A stretch of 20,000 nt of DNA from an uncultured virus (IMG/VR IMGVR_UViG_3300027749_000091) (taxonomy: Duplodnaviria; Heunggongvirae; Uroviricota; Caudoviricetes). Every line of letters begins with the position of its first letter. Position 1 is the stretch's first letter. Below are positions 7,730 through 16,817 of this stretch, in pieces. The notes under the pieces are model-generated. The model did not search any database. It was not told the DNA's origin and saw only the letters and a list, made by a program, of their open reading frames with translations. A program made the translations under genes and the position numbers. The stretch lies in IMG/VR virus record IMGVR_UViG_3300027749_000091; one strand, given 5' to 3'.

Positions 7730-8356
7730 TTAAACGTAATTCTGGGCCGCAGCCAACAGAATTTGGGGGTTAGTGAACTTCACGATAACTTCCGTGTAGG
7801 CGTTTGAGCCAGAGGCTGTTTCAGGAACTACTGCAATCACACGAACAGGTGCTGTCGCTGCGTTACCGCTACCAACTACGGGAGCAATAAGCGAAACGGC
7901 GGAATCACCAGTAGTGGATGATCCTGTACCTTGACGTAGAGTTTGATTAGTACCAACAACAGACGAGTTAGCTGTAGTAATAGTAGTGTTACCAGAATAG
8001 GTAATAGCTACTTTAAAAGCTGCCATAGGATCGTCAACAACATAAGCAACAGCAGAAGTAGCAGCAGCATTACCGGGGTAATATTGAGCTTGAACTAGCT
8101 GACTTTGACTATTAACGTACTGAACACCCATAAACACACCATAAGTTAAGTTAGCGGTATTGTCTGTGGTTGAATCTACAGTAACGTTAGATTTAATAAC
8201 ATTGCCACCTTTGATCATAACTACGTCACCGTTGTAAATCGCAGTGTTATAAGTACTGGCGATTGGTAGTTGACGTGTAGCCCCAGCATAGGGCATAAAG
8301 TCAGCACGGTTAACGGGGACTAGACCATAGGGAGCAGAAACGGTTGGATAAGCCAT
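7730..8356 (-). CDS. Putative capsid decoration/cement protein
   Basis: 208 aa; APYGLVPV, TAIYNGDVV, GVFMGVQY, AYVVDDP; directly upstream of capsid gene. Confidence 0.65.
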   Translation of the reverse strand: MAYPTVSAPYGLVPVNRADFMPYAGATRQLPIASTYNTAIYNGDVVMIKGGNVIKSNVTVDSTTDNTANLTYGVFMGVQYVNSQSQLVQAQYYPGNAAATSAVAYVVDDPMAAFKVAITYSGNTTITTANSSVVGTNQTLRQGTGSSTTGDSAVSLIAPVVGSGNAATAPVRVIAVVPETASGSNAYTEVIVKFTNPQILLAAAQNYV

Positions 8357-8378
8357 TTAAATCTCCTAGATATAAAAA

Positions 8379-8828
8379 TTAAGAACCTTTACCAAAGCTC
8401 GTCGAGGATTTTCGCTCTGAAAAGAGAGGCATCCTTGGGTCACTTTGGCGCATAAGATTATTATCTACAGCTTCCGTTTGGGCTTGGCTTTGCTTCGCAT
8501 AATGCGCGTTGCGTTGCTGGACAAACTCAGTCGGAGTCTTGCAAAGTAATAATCCACCAATCTCAATATTGTCCTTAAAGCGACTATTGGGATCGATTAA
8601 GAGTTGAAATTTAGGTTGTTCTTCGACTCTAACGGGTTCCCAACCTTCTCTCAGTTTTGCTGAAAGATTGCGAGGATCTGCTACGTTTAGGTTCGAGACA
8701 CGAATCCATCGATACGAAAAACCAGCCTCTTTGTCAGGCTCAGGGAGCAATTCAGGTTGCGACCACTCTGTAGGTCGCTCATAAGTTGCACGGGTTTCTA
8801 CATCACGTTTTGTTCTTACTTCAGCCAT
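8379..8828 (-). CDS. Conserved head-module protein of unknown function
   Basis: 149 aa; YRWIR, LREGWEPV, IEIGGLLLCK motifs; lies between scaffold and decoration genes. Confidence 0.75.
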   Translation of the reverse strand: MAEVRTKRDVETRATYERPTEWSQPELLPEPDKEAGFSYRWIRVSNLNVADPRNLSAKLREGWEPVRVEEQPKFQLLIDPNSRFKDNIEIGGLLLCKTPTEFVQQRNAHYAKQSQAQTEAVDNNLMRQSDPRMPLFSERKSSTSFGKGS

Positions 8829-9798
8829 TTTGGGCCTCCAATTTAGTTAGTTCACGGGCATATTGCTCAGGGGTCAGTCCTAGTTTTTTAGACAAGAGAA
8901 CTTGCGTTTTGCTCAGACGTACTTTTTTAGGAGACGTACTGCGCGTTGCTGGCGCTACTACCGTGCTAGCTTTTGGTCGATTTTCCTTTACAGGTTCATC
9001 TTCCGCGTCGTTAGTATCCTCGAAATTTTCGGGGAATCGTTTACGCATTGTGTTATCAATGCGGTTGTAGTACTCATCAGATCCAGCCGATACACCACTG
9101 CGAACTAACTTTTCATGCAATCCTAGAGCAAGACTGGTCATTTCTTCATCTTGACCAAACCAATCATTTCGTTTTTGCCAGCTTACTGCTTTATGATCGG
9201 GCGTTGTTACTTGCTGATTATTGCTTTGTACCTCGTTTTTCTCTTCTTGTAAAGCTTTTTGATAAACGTGCTGATAATTCTGCGCTTTATCCATCCGCAA
9301 ACTAGCTGCGGTCATTTTTTCCTGAGCTTCTAAAAGCTTGTCTGCATCGCCAGATTCATACGCAGACTTGAATTCAGCTTTTGCCATATCCATTTCTCGC
9401 GCTGTAGCCTGTTTTACTGTGTCAACATAGGCTGTTTCACCGTTGGAAAGGCGTTCTTTGAGGGTTTTATTCTCATCCATAAACCTTTTTGCAACGCGTA
9501 CAGCCTCTTGTTGCTCACGTAAAGCAGCTTCTTTGGCTCTACGTTCGTCATGCCAGACCTTTTTAAGCTGTTTTAGCTTGTCTTTAGCTTCTTCTTGGTA
9601 CTTATCTAGCTCGGTTTCTTCCAATTCCTTAACAACTGATGGATGTAAGTTCTTACGATCACGATCAGCGGGTGGGGTATCGTCTTCAATCTCGATATCT
9701 ATGTCAGATTTAGCTTCAACTTCAGGTTCTGGTGCTTTTTTCTCTTCTATTTCGTCAGGAAATTCAAATTCTTCCATCTCTTGTTGATTTTCAGCCAT
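8821..9798 (-). CDS. Putative capsid scaffolding protein
   Basis: 325 aa; acidic N-terminus, long coiled coil, C-terminal KKLGLTPEQYA helix-turn-helix; position between portal and capsid genes. Confidence 0.75.
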   Translation of the reverse strand: MAENQQEMEEFEFPDEIEEKKAPEPEVEAKSDIDIEIEDDTPPADRDRKNLHPSVVKELEETELDKYQEEAKDKLKQLKKVWHDERRAKEAALREQQEAVRVAKRFMDENKTLKERLSNGETAYVDTVKQATAREMDMAKAEFKSAYESGDADKLLEAQEKMTAASLRMDKAQNYQHVYQKALQEEKNEVQSNNQQVTTPDHKAVSWQKRNDWFGQDEEMTSLALGLHEKLVRSGVSAGSDEYYNRIDNTMRKRFPENFEDTNDAEDEPVKENRPKASTVVAPATRSTSPKKVRLSKTQVLLSKKLGLTPEQYARELTKLEAQNG

Positions 9799-9808
9799 TT
9801 TTTACTCC

Positions 9809-10219
9809 TTAAGCGCGTTTAATGCCGCGAGGATCCTGAACTACGGATTCTACGGAATCGTCGTTGATCAATCTGAATTCACGACCATGAATTAAGAGGC
9901 GTGTTCCAGCGTTTGGTCTAACAATTACAAAGTCGCCCTGCTTACACCAAGGACCCGTAGGGAATCGCTTGTCGTCTTTGTAACAATCAGGCCCCAAATG
10001 AACCACGAATAGGACTGTTGCCAGCTTTTCTTCGAAATTAATGGTGTCGCTAGACTTTAATATGCCACTTTCATACTCTTCTTCAGCCTCTGGGATAGCG
10101 CATAGGATGCGATATCCTGAAGGAATGGGAAGTTGTCGTGCTTTTTCATCTGCTTCTTTGTTGAGTAATGCTGATAAATCTACCGCCCTACCTAAATCTA
10201 CTGCCGTTTGGTCACTCAT
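9809..10219 (-). CDS. groES: Phage-encoded GroES/Cpn10-like co-chaperonin
   Basis: PSGYRILC, mobile-loop-like ESGILKS, VVHLGPD, KQGDFV, GTRLLIHGREFRLINDDSVESVV match the Cpn10 pattern; start 10219 has a GGAG RBS. Confidence 0.85.
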   Translation of the reverse strand: MSDQTAVDLGRAVDLSALLNKEADEKARQLPIPSGYRILCAIPEAEEEYESGILKSSDTINFEEKLATVLFVVHLGPDCYKDDKRFPTGPWCKQGDFVIVRPNAGTRLLIHGREFRLINDDSVESVVQDPRGIKRA

Positions 10220-10406
10220 CCGAGTTCTCCACGTTTTTTGCAAGGTCTGCGATAAAAAGACGTGCGGTCAACAGACCCTGAACTTCACCACACATCTTTT
10301 GGTAGTCGGAATAGTCTTTAGCTGCTCCTGTACCAAGGGATTCCTGCAATCGTTGAACTTTGTCATCTATCTTTTCAGTTAAATGATTAAGCGCTTTTTC
10401 TAACAT
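10212..10406 (-). CDS. Small helical protein downstream of portal
   Basis: 64 aa; DYSDYQKMCGEVQGL motif; GAGG RBS. Confidence 0.75.
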   Translation of the reverse strand: MLEKALNHLTEKIDDKVQRLQESLGTGAAKDYSDYQKMCGEVQGLLTARLFIADLAKNVENSDE

Positions 10407-10408
10407 CG

Positions 10409-12895
10409 TTAACCTCTATTCGTTTGTTTGGACATCATTTGGTTGTGCTTGGCAATATCCACTCCAAGTTTGTTTGCTTCCGTTGTTGATTTAGACATAA
10501 GTCTTGCAGCTTCAATTTCGCGTTGAATTTGTAGATCTGCATTGTCTTTTTGTGCTTTAGCGTTTATTTGCATTCCCGCTATACGTTCTTGTGATGCGAT
10601 TCTTTCTTGCTCAATAGCCATTTGTTGTGCTTTAGCCTGCGCATCAGACTGTGCTTTCATTTGCTTAGTTTGAGCTTCTTGAGCCTTGATTTGTAATTCC
10701 GCTTGCTGAATTTGAATCAATGGATCTTGTGCTGCTTGTTGTGCTTGTTGCGCTGCAACAGCCGTCTTGTCAATTTGCAATAATTTCTGTGCTGCGGGCG
10801 CGGCTAATCTAGCAATCTGAAGTTCTATCTCTTCTGGTAATTCATAGTCTTCTTCTTCGCTATAAGGAATTGGAACGCCAATCATTTCTTCCATCTGTCT
10901 ACGATATGCGTAACCTAAATGCTCTTGAATGTGAGCCATTAAAGAATTCATAATCATTTGAGCTTGTGGGTTTTGACCAATCGTTTGCATGATTTTTGGA
11001 TCTTGCATTAGCGCTAGATGCACTGCAATATGGGCATCGTGATCTTGATATAAGAAAGCCTTTAGGGGTTTACCCTTAAGGTTATCCATGTTCTCCGTAA
11101 TTGGATCGCGCGGTTTTTGATCATCTGGTAAAGGTACTAACTTAGCTGCGTCCTTGATTCCTAAAACATCTAACATCTGGCGATGCAACAAAGGCATGTT
11201 GTAAAGTTGTGGCGCTGATTGAGCTAATTGAAGAGCAGCTTGATACTGCATAATCTTTTGGCTCATCGTAGCTGCATTTGGATCGGATACTGGAATAACT
11301 TCTACATCGTCATAGTCCGATTTTTTAGCCTTACGGTCACCTTCTGCTGGGTCATATGAATACTCTTCAGGGGTGTAATCTGCAATAATAGTCTTTAGTA
11401 ACTTAAACTCACGCTTCATTGAATAATGAATACGGGCTTGTACGGCAGACATCACTTTTAAAGTTCTTTCCAGAATAGCAAGGGTTGTTCCTACCGGGGT
11501 ATTCCCTGACATATCTGCAACTTTAAGATCGGCAGCAGAAGCAAATCTGCGGCCTTCATCTACGATCTTATCTAACAACCCAGCCAGAACCATTGATGGC
11601 TCTTTGTACGGCAGGGTCATAATGTTGTCTTTCATCGTACCGCTTGGTACATCAACGTCGCGGAATTCTCCGGGCGCTATCGGTGTGTCGTCTCCTTTAA
11701 CACGCAAGCCACGGGTCTTAAAGCCACCCGGCAGGTTTGAAAGTGACCCTGCATCAACAAGCTGGCGGAGGATACTAGTGCCTGACTTAGCAAAAGCCCC
11801 GATAAGATGAATGAGACCAAAACAATAAAAGCCAAAACCGGGAATATAGCCGTAATGAACAAAGTGCTGACGTTTCTTATGAGTTTCATCATCTGGGTTC
11901 CAATTTCTCCTGATTGCCAAAACTGAATTGCTACCTTTTTCAATGGTTACAACATAAGGTAAAGCAATCCCTGTAGGTTCTCCATCTTCATCTTCATGCT
12001 CGTAACCTTCTAAGTCAAGGTCAACGTGCATTTCCAAAACTTTAAATCTGTCATCTGAAGTCGCTCTAAAACCAAGCTTCTCTGCAATTTTCTTTTCTAC
12101 TTCATCTAATACGTTGTCTGGTTCACCTAAGTCTATGTCGCGGTAAAATCCGGCAACTTGAAGTTTGCGTAGTTCATTTTCGCTTTTGCGCATAACGTGG
12201 GTAACACGCTCTGCTGATTCAAGACTGGAGGCGCCATAAGGAACCACCATATCTTCAGCAGGAACATACATAGCGACTTGCCGTTGAAGACTTGGATCGT
12301 AATAGATTTTCTTAAATGCGTTACCTGCAATACCCAAGCCCCAGAGTAAACGCTCTTGCTCAGGACGATATTCCTGCATTACGTCTGTTAACTGGTAGTT
12401 CATATCCGCTTGAACACGTTCAGCGGCAGCTTTCTTTTCAGGTGTTTCCTTGCCGATAATCTGAGTCTTTACGGGACCAGAGGCTGGAAACGTTTCCATA
12501 ATGGTTTCTGATTGGAACTTAACGACTGCTTCAGAAAGCAGTGGGTGATAAACACCACAGGCTCCGGGCCACGGTTCCATGCGGTCTTCAATCTTCATGC
12601 CTAAAAGCTCTAGGCCGTCTACATAAGCCTGAATCCAATCTCTACGCGAGGCGATATCCGAATCAAAATCGCCAATTAAATCTCCAGCAATTTCAGTTAA
12701 AGTGCCTTCACTTAAGTACTCCGCTAGGTTAGCGCCAAAGTCTTGATCGCTTTCCTCTTCTGGCTCTAGGGTAATCTCTAACCCATCTATACCAATAGTT
12801 AATGATTCTGGATCTTCAACTTCAATATCAATGGCGGGTTCCTGTGATGAATCCATGCCTTCGGGTAGTTGGTATAGTGCTTTTTCAATTGCCAT
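10409..12895 (-). CDS. Portal protein
   Basis: 828 aa directly after terL; PWPGACGVYHPLL, GNAFKKIYYD, Gln-rich C-terminal coiled coil like the barrel of P22-type portals. Confidence 0.88.
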   Translation of the reverse strand: MAIEKALYQLPEGMDSSQEPAIDIEVEDPESLTIGIDGLEITLEPEEESDQDFGANLAEYLSEGTLTEIAGDLIGDFDSDIASRRDWIQAYVDGLELLGMKIEDRMEPWPGACGVYHPLLSEAVVKFQSETIMETFPASGPVKTQIIGKETPEKKAAAERVQADMNYQLTDVMQEYRPEQERLLWGLGIAGNAFKKIYYDPSLQRQVAMYVPAEDMVVPYGASSLESAERVTHVMRKSENELRKLQVAGFYRDIDLGEPDNVLDEVEKKIAEKLGFRATSDDRFKVLEMHVDLDLEGYEHEDEDGEPTGIALPYVVTIEKGSNSVLAIRRNWNPDDETHKKRQHFVHYGYIPGFGFYCFGLIHLIGAFAKSGTSILRQLVDAGSLSNLPGGFKTRGLRVKGDDTPIAPGEFRDVDVPSGTMKDNIMTLPYKEPSMVLAGLLDKIVDEGRRFASAADLKVADMSGNTPVGTTLAILERTLKVMSAVQARIHYSMKREFKLLKTIIADYTPEEYSYDPAEGDRKAKKSDYDDVEVIPVSDPNAATMSQKIMQYQAALQLAQSAPQLYNMPLLHRQMLDVLGIKDAAKLVPLPDDQKPRDPITENMDNLKGKPLKAFLYQDHDAHIAVHLALMQDPKIMQTIGQNPQAQMIMNSLMAHIQEHLGYAYRRQMEEMIGVPIPYSEEEDYELPEEIELQIARLAAPAAQKLLQIDKTAVAAQQAQQAAQDPLIQIQQAELQIKAQEAQTKQMKAQSDAQAKAQQMAIEQERIASQERIAGMQINAKAQKDNADLQIQREIEAARLMSKSTTEANKLGVDIAKHNQMMSKQTNRG

Positions 12896-12903
12896 AGTTT
12901 TTC

Positions 12904-14391
12904 CTAGTAATACGCGGTTTTGCGTCTAAAATCAATCGGTTCATCTTCTTCGTCCGTGGGTAAACGGATAAATCCACCCTTTCTAAAACGAATCAGACAC
13001 ATAGTCGAGGAGTCAACTAAGTCATCGTGGTCAGAATTTGGAAAGGCTGCCATCTCTTCAATCACTTCTTCTGCCCACCTTTTTCGAGGCGCCCAGACTT
13101 TTCCGGAAGCAAACAAGTCCGTTACCGAATTCATACGCGTGATCTTATCATTACCACGAGTAGGTGTAAACTCTGATACGGGTATACCCATGCGTCTTAA
13201 CTCAAATATAAGAGGGCTTCCTGAAGCTTTCGCCTCTACGATAAACGCATCGGGTTCCCATTCCTTATACATTTGATAGGCTCTTTCCTTTAATTCAGGG
13301 AATTCTAGCCGTTCTTTAAAGGCGTCCAAAAGAATAACGTGGGCATCATTTTCGTTTTCATTCATAAAGAAAACACCCCAAGTTGTACAGGCTGAATAGT
13401 CTGAACGCTCATTCTTGGTAAAGGCGGTGTCCCAACCTTGGATAATAAACTCGCATTTTGGTGGTCTTTCATTCTCCCAGACTTTCCACCATTCCCGTTT
13501 AACTAATGCGCCCTCTTCTGAGGTCGGCTGTTGTTGGTACTGGGCGTTCCACTTGGCAACTGGTAGTTCTTCCTTTAAGGCGAGGAGTTCTGGCAAAGGC
13601 CAAAAGGCTGGCCACAAAGGCTCATGGTTTGGCAATATTGCAGGAAAGTCAATTACTTCCCATTCGTCGCCATCTCTTTCAATTGATGCTTGGAGGATTT
13701 TCCCCGTTAAATCCCGCTTACTCCAGCGGGTCATTACGATAACAATCGCACCCCCTGGTTGAAGACGCTGTCTTGGACCAGACGAATACCACTCATAAAC
13801 TTTATCGTAAACCTCTGGATTTGTGGCTGCTATCGCCGCCTCTTGTTCCGAGTGAGGATCGTCAATAATGAGCAAATCCGCTCCTTTACCGGTAACAGTA
13901 CCGCCAACGCCAATAGCAAAGTAGTCCCCGCCGCCAGAAGTACCCCAGCGCCCAGCAGCCTTACTATCAGATTTAAGAGAGACATTTGGGAATATCTTTG
14001 CATACTGATCACTTCCTACCAAGTTACGAACTTTACGACCAAAGCCCACAGCGAGTTCAGCCGTGTTCGAGCATTGGATAACTTTTCTGTCAGGATATCT
14101 GCCCAGATACCACGCAGGAAGCAAGTAACTAGCAAATTCAGACTTAGTATGACGGGGAGGCATATTAATAATAAGACGCTTGCAAGTTCCATTGGCTATC
14201 TCCTCAAATTTATTTGCCATTACCTTGTGGTGGGCGCCATTAATGAATCCGGGCCACATTTGGCGGGTGTATGTCATAAAGTCTTTTTGGGATTTTTCCC
14301 GCCCTAAAGATGAAATATAGTCTTTAGCAAACTCATAGAACGCATCTTGTTCTAACTCAGGTAGCTGGTTAACGATACTTTCTATGTCCAT
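12904..14391 (-). CDS. terL: Terminase large subunit
   Basis: 495 aa; Walker A region INMPPRHTKS, Walker B LLIIDDP, VMTRW coupling motif, nuclease residues WDTA, VEAKASG, HDDLVDS. Confidence 0.95.
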   Translation of the reverse strand: MDIESIVNQLPELEQDAFYEFAKDYISSLGREKSQKDFMTYTRQMWPGFINGAHHKVMANKFEEIANGTCKRLIINMPPRHTKSEFASYLLPAWYLGRYPDRKVIQCSNTAELAVGFGRKVRNLVGSDQYAKIFPNVSLKSDSKAAGRWGTSGGGDYFAIGVGGTVTGKGADLLIIDDPHSEQEAAIAATNPEVYDKVYEWYSSGPRQRLQPGGAIVIVMTRWSKRDLTGKILQASIERDGDEWEVIDFPAILPNHEPLWPAFWPLPELLALKEELPVAKWNAQYQQQPTSEEGALVKREWWKVWENERPPKCEFIIQGWDTAFTKNERSDYSACTTWGVFFMNENENDAHVILLDAFKERLEFPELKERAYQMYKEWEPDAFIVEAKASGSPLIFELRRMGIPVSEFTPTRGNDKITRMNSVTDLFASGKVWAPRKRWAEEVIEEMAAFPNSDHDDLVDSSTMCLIRFRKGGFIRLPTDEEDEPIDFRRKTAYY

Positions 14392-14615
14392 TACTCGATA
14401 TTCCTAATCCTAATATAAGACGGTCTAATGCTTCTCGCCCGATTAGGAAGACTCTTGCAGTGTCCTAAATCACATAACTGTTTCATAGCACGATGCACAT
14501 TGCCCCGCCCTCTGTCACCAGTAAACTTCATAATGTCATCTATAGAGGGAGCAAACCCAAACTTTCTCCACCATTCGTCTATAGCCATATAGATCTGCTT
14601 TTGCTTCTCGGTCAT
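14391..14615 (-). CDS. LexA-like winged-helix DNA-binding domain, lacking the peptidase domain
   Basis: 74 aa; TEKQKQIY...GFAPSIDDI...LCDLG...PNRARSIR aligns by eye with the LexA N-terminal domain (TARQQEVF...GMPPTRAEI...LARKG...SGASRGIR). Confidence 0.8.
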   Translation of the reverse strand: MTEKQKQIYMAIDEWWRKFGFAPSIDDIMKFTGDRGRGNVHRAMKQLCDLGHCKSLPNRARSIRPSYIRIRNIE

Positions 14616-14785
14616 TCTTTACACCGCTTAATTAAGGCTTCCGTATGAAGCTCGGCAGAGGCTTGGTTTCCAGCTTCCATTTTCTGATGTAGGTTCAACA
14701 TTAAGCTAACAAACGATAGTTCATCTAACAAATCTATGTAGAGAGTCTGTAACTCATCATAAGACATATCGTTGTAATTTATCAA
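14612..14785 (-). CDS. Small acidic hypothetical protein (57 aa)
   Basis: Not in ORF track. TTG start; MINYNDMSYDELQTLYIDLLDELSFVSLMLNLHQKMEAGNQASAELHTEALIKRCKE; ATGA overlap with the LexA-like gene. Alternative ATG start at 14767. Confidence 0.65.
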   Translation of the reverse strand: MINYNDMSYDELQTLYIDLLDELSFVSLMLNLHQKMEAGNQASAELHTEALIKRCKE

Positions 14786-14796
14786 AATATACCCCC

Positions 14797-15609
14797 CTAC
14801 CCTTTTTCACCAGAAATGATGACGGGGGGGTCTTCACATGAAAGAACTTTCATATGATCTTGGGAATTTGTACCCCCCTCCCCCTCTTGTTTCCAATCGG
14901 TATGGGGGACATCGTCTAGATCTGCTATTGGTTTGTCTGGAATACTATGTGTATTCTGAGCGGTACTATTTTTTAAAAAGGGGGTGTCGGGAGTGGGTGG
15001 GGCAGCGGGTTCAGCCTTACGCTTAAGGGCTGGCTTTGAGATCAGGGCGAGCAATTCGTCCGCATCATCCATCCCGCTAGCATCTATCGTCCGCATATTG
15101 TCCGCAATCGCCCGCTTAAGTTGCGCCATCATATCGGCTCGAGCGGTGTCGCTATCCTTGATGACTCTTTGCTCGCTGATGTGTAGGAATGCATCCACGC
15201 CAGCAACTGTGCCAAGCGCTTTCAACGCAGTGAGTCTAGATGCGGGGGGATTCTCCTCGTTAAGCGCCTCTTTTGTTAGTTGCGATACGACCAATGCCCT
15301 CAATTGAGCGGTTGTATGCGATGTTTGGAACGCAATAGCCCTTTTTATAGCCTCTATTTCCAATTGTATTACCTCATTGCCTTTTAGCTTGCTTGCCCGA
15401 TTCCCAGCGACCTTTGGTTTCACAGGTGTCTTGCCTTTCCTATATGCCTTACGATAAGCCTCAGCCCCTGTATCTCCATGAGCCACATTCTTAGCAAACT
15501 GTTGTTGCTTGTGGGTTAATGCTCTCTTCTCAATCCCCATTACATCTTCGAAAGGAACTTGGTCGAGGCTTTCTCTCATTTGCTTTCTTGTTAATCTAGC
15601 GATCTTCAT
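14797..15609 (-). CDS. terS: Terminase small subunit with long disordered C-terminus
   Basis: LTHKQQQFAKNVAHGDTGAEAYRKAY HTH and SRLTALKALG oligomerisation helix; upstream of terL. The track start at 15651 lies inside the -10 element, so 15609 is preferred. Confidence 0.75.
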   Translation of the reverse strand: MKIARLTRKQMRESLDQVPFEDVMGIEKRALTHKQQQFAKNVAHGDTGAEAYRKAYRKGKTPVKPKVAGNRASKLKGNEVIQLEIEAIKRAIAFQTSHTTAQLRALVVSQLTKEALNEENPPASRLTALKALGTVAGVDAFLHISEQRVIKDSDTARADMMAQLKRAIADNMRTIDASGMDDADELLALISKPALKRKAEPAAPPTPDTPFLKNSTAQNTHSIPDKPIADLDDVPHTDWKQEGEGGTNSQDHMKVLSCEDPPVIISGEKG

Positions 15610-15646
15610 GTCTTGGGTATAAGTTGGGAATCTGCAAAATAGGGTA

Positions 15647-15675
15647 ATCATACCATTAACTGTATATCCGTACAG
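15647..15675 (-). promoter_or_regulatory. Promoter for terS operon (CTGTAC-N17-TATGAT, with TGn extended -10)
   Basis: Minus strand CTGTACGGATATACAGTTAATGGTATGAT. Confidence 0.6.
15660..15675. promoter_or_regulatory. LexA (SOS) box, beta/gammaproteobacterial type
   Basis: aaCTGTatatccgtACAGta versus consensus taCTGTatatatatACAGta; intergenic and overlapping a promoter. Confidence 0.8.
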
Positions 15676-15908
15676 TAAAAAAACGCATTCTCGTGCCTTG
15701 CTTTACTTTCCTCTTGTATCTTCTCCTTGTGTATTGCTCTCTACTGCACAAGATAAGCTGACCATTCGGCAATATGGCGGGCTTTTAGTTTTTAGTGGTC
15801 GGCAGCAGAACTTCCGGAATCCTGGAAAACCGCCAAAGTTTATTAAGCCCAATGTTTATAAGGGCTTGACCTTTGTGTGATGTAATAACCCCACAGTTCT
15901 ATCTGTTA

Positions 15909-15938
15909 TTGTACAAATTGCAAAAATTAGATTAAGAT
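15909..15938 (+). promoter_or_regulatory. Candidate rightward early promoter TTGTAC-N18-TAAGAT
   Basis: AT-rich, about 45 nt upstream of the first plus-strand ORF. Confidence 0.35.
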
Positions 15939-15982
15939 CTATCTATGGCATTCAGCCATTACACCTTGAGGAGGGTTAAAGC

Positions 15983-16183
15983 GTGCGATTCAACAAAGAA
16001 AATATGAAAGCTCACATAGTAAAAGAGCTAATTTACCTTGAGAAAAAATGGGGTTTTGACCCCAGAAATGGATACGATCAAGTAAAGGATAGTGATCTTT
16101 ATCGGGTCATGGCTTACGGAGAATATAAGGCTTTAAAAAATTTGTGGGATGCAATTGAATACAACAACATTGGAGAAGAATAA
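15983..16183 (+). CDS. Early-region hypothetical protein
   Basis: 66 aa; GTG start with strong GAGGAGG RBS. Confidence 0.8.
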   Translation: MRFNKENMKAHIVKELIYLEKKWGFDPRNGYDQVKDSDLYRVMAYGEYKALKNLWDAIEYNNIGEE

Positions 16184-16185
16184 TT

Positions 16186-16521
16186 ATGAACATCACAACA
16201 AGCGAGCCAATTTTAGGAATGACCCCAGATTATAAATGGGTCATTGTCATGCCTGATGGTAAGAACTATAAAAAGTCATTCAGTCCAGCGTATGACTTGA
16301 AGTTTCTTGATTTTGAACAGGCTAAATATTTTCTATCCAATATGGAATCAAAAAAGAAACATAAGGTAAAAATTAGCCTTGAGATTGAATTAGAGGTTTC
16401 AACAGATTATTTTGAGAAGTTATGCGATCAACTCTCTTTGGAGGTTGTTCGTAATTGTTTTAAAAATCACAATCGCACCATTAATTCAGAATCAATGACC
16501 ATTATCAAGGAGGAAGTATGA
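16186..16521 (+). CDS. Early-region hypothetical protein
   Basis: 111 aa; GGAG RBS; ATGA overlap downstream. Confidence 0.75.
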   Translation: MNITTSEPILGMTPDYKWVIVMPDGKNYKKSFSPAYDLKFLDFEQAKYFLSNMESKKKHKVKISLEIELEVSTDYFEKLCDQLSLEVVRNCFKNHNRTINSESMTIIKEEV

Positions 16522-16817
16522 CTTATAAAAACGAATTTTCGGATTTTGCTTACGATTTGCCCAATTTGGGCGATGGCTGGGAGGATAACTCTTGGCATAA
16601 CGATTCTTGTCCATCCTTAGACTATCCGCTAGGCGATGGCAAGATGTTGCGCATTTGGTTTCAAGAATCTAACCCTGAAGAGCGGGAATGCGGGGGCAAG
16701 CAGTTTGTTTTAGTAATTGGTGAATATGGCGATTCTGATCATCTTATGGAATCGGACGATTTAGACGAAGTTTTAGCTTATATCAAGGATCACAATTTAA
16801 CTAAGGAAAAATCATGA
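16518..16817 (+). CDS. Acidic early-region protein
   Basis: 99 aa; AGGAGG RBS; WEDNSWHNDSCPS motif. Confidence 0.8.
   Translation: MTYKNEFSDFAYDLPNLGDGWEDNSWHNDSCPSLDYPLGDGKMLRIWFQESNPEERECGGKQFVLVIGEYGDSDHLMESDDLDEVLAYIKDHNLTKEKS

Noticed and set aside
7450..14012. Same-strand alternate-frame ORFs inside capsid, portal and terL (7450-7647, 11677-11943, 12133-12330, 13830-14012)
   Set aside because: Short, with no motifs and no frameshift signal noticed; expected by chance.
297..14307. Plus-strand ORFs in the track (e.g. 4511-4861, 6634-7008, 9443-9787, 13759-14307)
   Set aside because: Antisense shadows of well-supported minus-strand genes; no recognisable motifs.
15698..15880. 60-aa plus-strand ORF in the divergent region
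   Set aside because: TTG start with no RBS; lies in a probable regulatory region.
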